Source: Bacteroidota bacterium (GTDB lineage: Bacteria; Bacteroidota; Ignavibacteria; OLB7). From it: DNA of 64,000 nt. The notes below the pieces were generated by a model. The model worked only from the letters and a program-made list of their open reading frames with translations, was not told the origin of the DNA and did not search any database. Positions within the stretch are counted from its first letter, which is position 1, and each line of letters starts with the position of its first letter. This document shows positions 57,735-64,000 of this stretch, one piece after another. The stretch spans positions 69,273 to 133,272 of the forward strand of contig JAFDZV010000004.1 of NCBI GenBank assembly GCA_018266795.1, read 5' to 3'. The position numbers and the translations under genes are program-made.

Positions 57735-58318
57735 GTGTGATCGCAGGCGGAAATGGTACGGCCATTCCGATGCGACATCACTGCGACATGCGGAGCTTTT
57801 CGTGGCGCCGCGTCTGTTCCGGGCAGTAGCTTTGCGCCCCTTCGGAATCTGTACGGCCTCCCTCCAGCTGGAGGGACACCATAGCTCCAGTCGTCGGAGC
57901 ACTCACCAATCCAGAGCGGCGCCCACGATGGCGCCCATTGCCCACCGGCACATACCGGAAGCGGCGTCCGCATTCGTTCCCTGAATTCGATTTCATACGT
58001 ATTGCAGGAGGCACGTTTTGGCGCATCCAAACCACAACGACCACGCGACATCACTGCGACATGCGGAGCTTTTCGTGGCGCCGCGTCTGCTCCGGGCAGT
58101 AGCTTTGCGCCCCTTCGGAACCCGTACAGCATCCCTCCGGCTGGAGGGGCACCGATAGCTCCAGTCATCGGAGCACTCACCAATCCAGAGCGGCGCCCAC
58201 GATGGTGCCAATTGCCCGCCGGCACATACCGGAAGCGGCGTTCGCATTCGTTCCCTGAATTCGATTTCGTACGTATTGCAGGAGGCACGTTTTGGCGCAT
58301 CCAAACCACAACGACCAC
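57735..58318 (+). repeat. about 274-bp tandem direct repeat (about 2.1 copies) spanning the promoter, RBS and first ~10 codons of the NACHT-TPR gene
   Basis: gcgacatcactgcgacatgcggagcttttcgtggcgccgcg starts at 57772 and again at 58045. ...gtattgcaggaggcacgttttggcgcatccaaaccacaacgaccacg ends at 58045 and again at 58319. Each unit has a CCTCCAGCTGGAGG-type palindrome. Confidence 0.85.
58276..58294 (+). promoter_or_regulatory. Shine-Dalgarno GGAGG plus TTG start of the NACHT-TPR gene
   Basis: caGGAGGcacgttTTGgcgcatcc; the same motif is duplicated about 274 bp upstream within the tandem repeat. Confidence 0.55.
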
Positions 58319-61027
58319 GAAGCTTTTGGCGCGGCGCGATGGCCCCAGTATCGCGAGCAAGGCTCTACGTTCAGGAGGGTGCGGGCCAATCTCGGCCTGG
58401 TGCCCGGATGTGCACCCTCGCGTCTCCCTACCGTTCTGGTGGGAGATGAAGGCTCCGGCAAGAGCGCGCTCAGCGCCTATCTCGCACATGAATGCCGGAA
58501 GGAGGGGAGCGACATCTTCGTCCTGCACGCCGAGGCATATCCTGCGGGAAGCGGACCGCTTGCCATGCTGCACGATGTTGCTCACCGTATCGCGCAGCGA
58601 TATCGCGTGCACGAACCCGTTCCCGACAATCCTGAGCAGCTTGTGCGGGCATTCCCCCAACTGCTCGCCTGTGTGCAGGGGCCGCTGCTGCTGGTGCTGG
58701 ATGGCCTGGATCACCTGTCGTTGCCTGCAGCACCGCATGGTTCCGAGGCCGTGCCGGATGCCGGCGGCATGGCAGGCTGGCTTCCCGCGTACATCCCGCC
58801 GAACATTCGCCTCCTGGTTTCCACGCGTCCGGGTGAACTGAGCCACGAGCTTGCCGCCAGAGAGTGGGAGATTGTCGAGGTGGAGTTGCTGGATCTCGAT
58901 GCACGCCGTGCGCTTGCCATGCAGCGGATAGCCGGCGCCAATCCGGCGATTGGCGCGGAAGTAGCCCGTCTCGCCGAGAGCGACGGCATCTTCGGCAACG
59001 GCATGGCGCTTGGCACCGGCATCAGCGAGGTGCTGCGTCTTTCCGCGATGGAAGGGCGCGGGTCCGCGTTCGAGTATCTGAAGGATGCTGCGAACCCGGA
59101 GGAGCTTCTGGACCTCGTGCTCGGGTCGATGGAAGCAGACTATGGCCGTCCTACCCTCGAATCCGTTCTTGCGCCCCTTGCCTCCACGCGTGCCGGACTC
59201 GCGGTGGAAGAACTTTCGCGCCTTTCGCGCATCGATGCCGACAGAATCAACCACCTCCTTTCCTGGCTCGACCTGCATCTGCAGCGCCGCGGGTCGTTGA
59301 TTCGTTGCTCGGACGGGACGTTCCGTTCGGTGCTGGTACAGCGGTATCTGCCGGATGAAGAGACGCGCCGCGCGCAGCATCGCGCCGTAGCCGGGTTGAT
59401 GGAACATCTGCCGCCGGGGGAACGGCGCGGTCGCGAGCTTCCGTGGCAATGGATGATGGCTGGCGCGTGGGAGCAGCTTCGCGAATGCGTTACCCCGTTG
59501 GAGATGGTACACCACATGGTTGCCAATGGGATGCAGTATGACCTGCTGCACTATCTGCACTGGCTGGGGGAGGCATCCGCAGCGGCGATGTACGAGCAGG
59601 AGGCCGCGGCGCTGGCCCGGAAGAAGAGCGGCAGCCGGCCGTGTCATGCGGAGTGGCTGGCCTCGCTGGCGATGTTCCTGTCGGCATCCGGCGCACTTCA
59701 GGCCGCGGAGCAGGCGATGCGGAATGCGGCTGCGGTGCGTGTGCGGTTGCTAGGCCCGGAGCATCCCGATACGCTGGCCGCGCACGCTCAGCACGCAACT
59801 CTGCTGGTGGATTGCGGCGCCTACGAGCAGGCCGAAACGCCCACGCGCCAGGTCCTCGATGCGCAGATTGCGGCGCTCGGGGAGGAGCATCCGGACGTTA
59901 CGGAGAGCCGCTGTAATCTGGGCTATCTGTTGTTCCGCCGCGGCGAATACGCTGCCGCCAGGTCGCATCTCGAGCGCGCTTGCAAACAGATCGTTGCATC
60001 CGGTGCGACGGACACCATGAAGCATGCGATGGCGCTGAAGCTGCTTGCAATGCCGGTACGCGATGCCGGCCGGCTGCCGGAGGCATGCGGGATATTGGAG
60101 GAGGCTGTTCGTATCGCAACACGGGTGATGGGATCGAAGCACCCGGAGGTGGCGTTGCTGAAGACGGAACATGCAACTCTGCTTCATGTATGCGGCAACC
60201 ATGAGGCGGCGAAGGATCTGCTGATCGAGGCGCTCGCTGTTCGCGAGGAGGTGCTGGGGCCGCTGCACATCGAGACCGGGCACAGCTACAACAACCTAGC
60301 ACAGCTCTATGTGGAGTGTCCGGAACTGGACACCGAGGGTTGCGCCGAGGACTATTACCGTTGTGCGCTCAACGCCCATGTGGTTGCGCTCGGGGATGAT
60401 CATCCTGACTCCGCCGTGATCAGGCAGAACCTCGGGAAGCTGCTTCGCGATGCCGGGCGTTGCGAGGAGGCATTGCCTCTGTTCCGCACGGCCCTTCGGG
60501 CGTTCCAGGTCTCCGTTGGGCAGCGGCACAAGGACACAGTGATCTGCATGGGGAATCTCGGGGAACTGCTCTGCATGGGGAGAGCAGTGTTCGAACAGTA
60601 CGGTGTGGAGCCGCCGGGTGAGGGGAGCGCACCGGACGATCGTTCGGTCATTGCGAAGCGGGACGAGGCTCGCGTGCTGCTCGAGCGAGCGTATGAGCTG
60701 ATGCTTGAGTTGTTCGGTGAGAACGATCCCGGCACCGCCAATGCGGTCAATCGACTGGTGCAGCTCGCGTTCTTCCTGGGCGATCTTCGGAAGTCCGATC
60801 GATTGGCCGGCGAGGCGCTGAGGATCTACGAGGAGTCGGGCGTGGCGATGCGCAGGCCAGCGGCCGTTGCCCTGTATCGCAAGGCGCGTGCGCGCTACTG
60901 GATGGGCGACCGCGAGGAGGCGTGCCGGCTTGCGTTGCGTGCGTGCGAGCTGTTCCAGGCAAATGGCTCTGGAAGGGATCCGTATGCCGCCGCCACTGCA
61001 CGATTGGTGCAGGCCGCATGCCGGTAG
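58292..61027 (+). CDS. STAND NTPase (NACHT-like) with C-terminal TPR repeats
   Basis: P-loop VLVGDEGSGKSAL at about aa 40-52 (no N-terminal effector domain); Walker B LLLVLDGLDH; C-terminal about 450 aa of TPR_10/12-type repeats (HPDTLAAHAQHATLL, HPDVTESRCNLGYLL, HPEVALLKTEHATLL, HIETGHSYNNLAQLY). Confidence 0.85.
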   Translation: MAHPNHNDHEAFGAARWPQYREQGSTFRRVRANLGLVPGCAPSRLPTVLVGDEGSGKSALSAYLAHECRKEGSDIFVLHAEAYPAGSGPLAMLHDVAHRIAQRYRVHEPVPDNPEQLVRAFPQLLACVQGPLLLVLDGLDHLSLPAAPHGSEAVPDAGGMAGWLPAYIPPNIRLLVSTRPGELSHELAAREWEIVEVELLDLDARRALAMQRIAGANPAIGAEVARLAESDGIFGNGMALGTGISEVLRLSAMEGRGSAFEYLKDAANPEELLDLVLGSMEADYGRPTLESVLAPLASTRAGLAVEELSRLSRIDADRINHLLSWLDLHLQRRGSLIRCSDGTFRSVLVQRYLPDEETRRAQHRAVAGLMEHLPPGERRGRELPWQWMMAGAWEQLRECVTPLEMVHHMVANGMQYDLLHYLHWLGEASAAAMYEQEAAALARKKSGSRPCHAEWLASLAMFLSASGALQAAEQAMRNAAAVRVRLLGPEHPDTLAAHAQHATLLVDCGAYEQAETPTRQVLDAQIAALGEEHPDVTESRCNLGYLLFRRGEYAAARSHLERACKQIVASGATDTMKHAMALKLLAMPVRDAGRLPEACGILEEAVRIATRVMGSKHPEVALLKTEHATLLHVCGNHEAAKDLLIEALAVREEVLGPLHIETGHSYNNLAQLYVECPELDTEGCAEDYYRCALNAHVVALGDDHPDSAVIRQNLGKLLRDAGRCEEALPLFRTALRAFQVSVGQRHKDTVICMGNLGELLCMGRAVFEQYGVEPPGEGSAPDDRSVIAKRDEARVLLERAYELMLELFGENDPGTANAVNRLVQLAFFLGDLRKSDRLAGEALRIYEESGVAMRRPAAVALYRKARARYWMGDREEACRLALRACELFQANGSGRDPYAAATARLVQAACR

Positions 61028-61110
61028 CATCCGATGAGCGCAGGCGGAACCGCTGCAACCGGCGGCGTGGCCCGGTCACTCTTCATTGAATCTGTTCAGG
61101 TGAAATACGT

Positions 61111-62784
61111 ATGAGCGCACTCGGTGATTTCCTTCAGGTGCGTCTGGCCGCTGCCGCCAATCACTACGATCGCCTTGCGGCGTTGCTGGAACTGGCGGGC
61201 GATCTGGCGTTGACCGATCCCGCCGAAGGCCTTGCACATGCCGAACGCGCAATGGAACTCGCCCGTTCGGCGAACGATCGTGCCGCGCAGGCAGGCGCAT
61301 ACCGTGAGCGTGGGCTGTGCCTGCTGGGCCTGGGTGAAACTGAACGCTCGCTTGCCGATCTGGGAAGCGCGCGAGAGATTTACAAGGATCTGGACGATGC
61401 CGCAGGCCTGGCAGGTGTGGCGCTGGCGCTCGGCGAGGTACGTCTCTACCTGGGACACTATCGTGAGGCCGTTGCGCACTACCAGAGCGGTCTGGCGGCG
61501 GCAGAGGGAACGGACTCTGCACGGGTAACCGTTGCGCTTCTGCAGGGAATGGCGAACGTGTACGCAGCCATGGGGGATCACGAGCAGGCGTTCCGGCTGT
61601 ATGAGGAAGCTGTCCAACACGTCAGGGAACTGAATGACCGTGGCATGACCGGGGCATTGATCTCGGATATGGCGCTTCTTGCGATGGCCCGTGGTGACAA
61701 CCGGAATGCTCTGGATCAGTTTCGCGCTGCGCTGGGCCTGTTCGACGATCATCGCTACGACCGGCTCATGGTTCGCACCCGCTGTAACATCGCCAACCTG
61801 CTCTATGTGCTCGACGATCTGGACGGGGCGAAGCTCGAGGCTCAGCGTGCCTGGCATATCGCTCGCAGCCTCGGCGAGATGCGGCAGGCGCTGATTGCGA
61901 TGTCCACCCTGGGGAATGTTCTCGAGAAGGAAGGTGATATCGCAACGGCTCTTGAACATCAGGAGCGGGCGCTGGCAGCGCTTACCGCGATGGGGGCGAA
62001 TGGCGGCGCTGAAAATCGCCGCCTGCAGACGGTGCTCCTGTTGAACATTGCCAACCTGTATCGCAAGCTTGGAGACAGCGAGCAGGCCGTGGTGCTTGCG
62101 CAGGAGGTAACCCAGTTTGCCGGAGTTGGTGGTGAGCCTGCCGTGCGCTACCGTGCGCACGAGATGCTTGCGGAGATCTACGAGCGGCGGCGCGATCTGG
62201 AGCGTGCGCTTTTTCACATGAAGCGTATGAACGCATTGCGCGAGGAGACATGCAACGCCGAGCGCGAACGCATTGCCGCCGAGATGCAGGCGCGTTTCGA
62301 TGTGGAGCGGATGAAGCAGACGCAGGAATTGTTGGAGGATACGCTTGAACGTATCACCGACGACAACCGTGCGGTTGGGCTGACGCTGATCAAACTACAA
62401 GGGTTGATTAGTCACTTCGAGCGCGAGCTGCCACGTCTCCGGGGGCTCTGTACAGGGGAAGCGCTGAAATGCGTCCGCGCCTTGCAGGCCGAGGTGCGGA
62501 AATACCAGGAGGCTGCGGACCGGCAGGAGCATCTGGTGGAAGTCCTGTTACATGTCGACCGGGAATTCGTGCAGCGGCTCGTGAAATGCTGCCCGGAGCT
62601 TACGGGAAAGGAGTTGATCACCTGTGGGTTGATACGGCTGGGGTTGGATTCGAAGGCAATTGCGGAGCTGGAGCATGTGGATGTGCGGGCGATCGACAAA
62701 CGGCGAGAGCGCATCAGGGCGAAAATCCGGGACAGAGGGGCCGACCCCGGAGATGATCTTGCATCCTTCCTGATGCAGATCTGA
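61111..62784 (+). CDS. TPR-repeat transcriptional regulator with C-terminal LuxR-type HTH (paralog of 28717..30723)
   Basis: TPR units (LAGVALALGEVRLYLGHYREAVAHY, LLLNIANLYRKLGDSEQAVVLAQE); C-terminal LTGKELITCGLIRLGLDSKAIAELEHVDVRAIDKRRERIRAKI fits the LuxR HTH. Confidence 0.75.
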   Translation: MSALGDFLQVRLAAAANHYDRLAALLELAGDLALTDPAEGLAHAERAMELARSANDRAAQAGAYRERGLCLLGLGETERSLADLGSAREIYKDLDDAAGLAGVALALGEVRLYLGHYREAVAHYQSGLAAAEGTDSARVTVALLQGMANVYAAMGDHEQAFRLYEEAVQHVRELNDRGMTGALISDMALLAMARGDNRNALDQFRAALGLFDDHRYDRLMVRTRCNIANLLYVLDDLDGAKLEAQRAWHIARSLGEMRQALIAMSTLGNVLEKEGDIATALEHQERALAALTAMGANGGAENRRLQTVLLLNIANLYRKLGDSEQAVVLAQEVTQFAGVGGEPAVRYRAHEMLAEIYERRRDLERALFHMKRMNALREETCNAERERIAAEMQARFDVERMKQTQELLEDTLERITDDNRAVGLTLIKLQGLISHFERELPRLRGLCTGEALKCVRALQAEVRKYQEAADRQEHLVEVLLHVDREFVQRLVKCCPELTGKELITCGLIRLGLDSKAIAELEHVDVRAIDKRRERIRAKIRDRGADPGDDLASFLMQI

Positions 62785-63105
62785 ACGACGGCGGAGAGGG
62801 TGCATCCGATGGATGAATGACGATCGGGAATAATGGGCGGAACGACGGCCCGGTCTCGTTGAACGAGGCCGGGCCGCGTTGTTTTTTCGGCGGCGTGCAT
62901 ACGTCCGACGGCTCGCGCGTAGCGGCGGCATGATGGCGTTGCGGAGGCGGAATATCGTGCGTGTCGCAGTGATGTCGTAGTGCAAACCCAGACATGCGGA
63001 TGCATGTTGTCCTCCGCCAAACGCAACGGCGGCGCCTGCCGGAGAGCCGAAATAGAATCCGGGAATCGTACCTGACGCGCCGTTGCATTCCATCAACGAA
63101 CTACC

Positions 63106-63984
63106 ATGGAGTACACCATCATGCTGATCTCGATCATCAATCACACGGGAGGCGAAATTCAGGATATCGAAGTACAGGAAGCCGTTCGCGCGATCAATCG
63201 CCAGATCCGGGAGGACTTCGCGCCCGTTTGGGGAATGAGCGCAACGCTGCGCCTGGAAGGGCGGTCGGCGCTGACGCCCGACACCACCGTGATGGCGGAT
63301 ATGCGCGGCGATGCCGTTATCTACCTCTGGAACGAATCGGACGTGGACGATGCCATCGGTTATCATCTCCAGAATTATGCAGGAATTCCGTATGGGTTTG
63401 TCTTCACCAGAATAGCGGAGCAGTTGCATGAGCCGTGGAGCGTCACGCTGTCACATGAGGCGATGGAATTGATTGCCGATCCGGAGACAAATCTTCTGGT
63501 GATGGGGCCGCATCCATCGGAGAATCGTCAGGTGTTTTACTGGTTTGAAATGTGCGACGCAGTGCAGAATGATCGGTACGAGATCGATGGCATAGCAGTA
63601 TCAAATTTCGTGCAGCCACTTTATTTCACAGGGACGCGGGCTACGGACGAGCCGGGTGCCCGCAATGATTTTCTCGGCGAGGCTCATAATGGCCAGACGC
63701 TTGCGTCGTTCGGAATAAATCCCGGCGGGTATATCGGATTCTACGACCCGATTCTTCAGAAGCACGAGACATATACACGCCGCGACGATCCGGTTGCACT
63801 GAAGCGCCTGGAAATAAAGGGGGCAATGAAGCTGGCCCGCAGGGCCGTTCGCTACCAGAGTGGCGATCGCCGTGAGATGATGCAGCGCGACGTGATGAAG
63901 CGTATGCCGGTGCTGGCTGCGCGCCGCGCGCGTGGCGCCGCGCAGCGTGTGGAGTATCGGGCGGTGGAAACGGAAATGCCGTGA
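63106..63984 (+). CDS. hypothetical protein (292 aa)
   Basis: ORF with conserved-looking globular N-terminal 230 aa and a basic C-terminal tail; no family recognised. Confidence 0.5.
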   Translation: MEYTIMLISIINHTGGEIQDIEVQEAVRAINRQIREDFAPVWGMSATLRLEGRSALTPDTTVMADMRGDAVIYLWNESDVDDAIGYHLQNYAGIPYGFVFTRIAEQLHEPWSVTLSHEAMELIADPETNLLVMGPHPSENRQVFYWFEMCDAVQNDRYEIDGIAVSNFVQPLYFTGTRATDEPGARNDFLGEAHNGQTLASFGINPGGYIGFYDPILQKHETYTRRDDPVALKRLEIKGAMKLARRAVRYQSGDRREMMQRDVMKRMPVLAARRARGAAQRVEYRAVETEMP

Positions 63985-64000
63985 ACGTGCGTAATTGGTA

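Noticed and set aside
1-64000. CRISPR array or rRNA genes
   Set aside because: No short regularly spaced direct repeats with unique spacers and no long conserved rRNA-like tracts were seen. The only tandem repeats (57 bp and ~274 bp) lack spacer structure.

Overview
This is a high-GC (about 65%) bacterial chromosomal segment. Three encoded proteins carry type IX secretion system (T9SS) C-terminal sorting domains, so the source organism probably has a Por/T9SS secretion system (FCB-group-like, e.g. Bacteroidota/Rhodothermota); this is inference only. Most of the window is accessory in character.

Main gene content, in order:
- T9SS cargo beta-propeller proteins.
- An FAD-linked oxidase and a TPR lipoprotein.
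- Two paralogous plant-type (class III chitinase-like) GH18 proteins bracketing a block of small genes (EVE domain, Cys-rich protein, VOC).
- An IS200/RAYT-like Y1 transposase flanked by REP-like hairpins.
- An ECF42-type sigma factor locus with DGPF/YCII and DHFR-family partners.
- An ISL3 transposase next to a lower-GC two-gene cassette (one member resembles the TIGR02391/Ymh family, recalled from memory).
- DNA alkylation repair, VOC and DinB genes.
- An AAA ATPase plus S8 subtilase pair resembling the IetAS antiphage system, followed by a TPR-LuxR regulator.
- A metallo-beta-lactamase.
- A czc-like heavy-metal efflux operon whose RND pump ORF continues in frame into the TolC-like outer-membrane factor.
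- A NACHT-TPR STAND NTPase followed by a second TPR-LuxR regulator.

Notable non-genic structure:
- A ~450-bp hairpin-rich dispersed repeat present in three intergenic copies.
- A second dispersed repeat associated with the transposase regions.
- A ~274-bp tandem duplication covering the promoter and first codons of the NACHT gene.
- A 57-bp tandem repeat upstream of the czc operon.

No rRNA, tRNA or CRISPR array was recognised. Line-position reading disagreed with the ORF track by 1 nt at a few places; CDS ends follow the ORF track and internal start choices may be off by a codon or by 1-2 nt.
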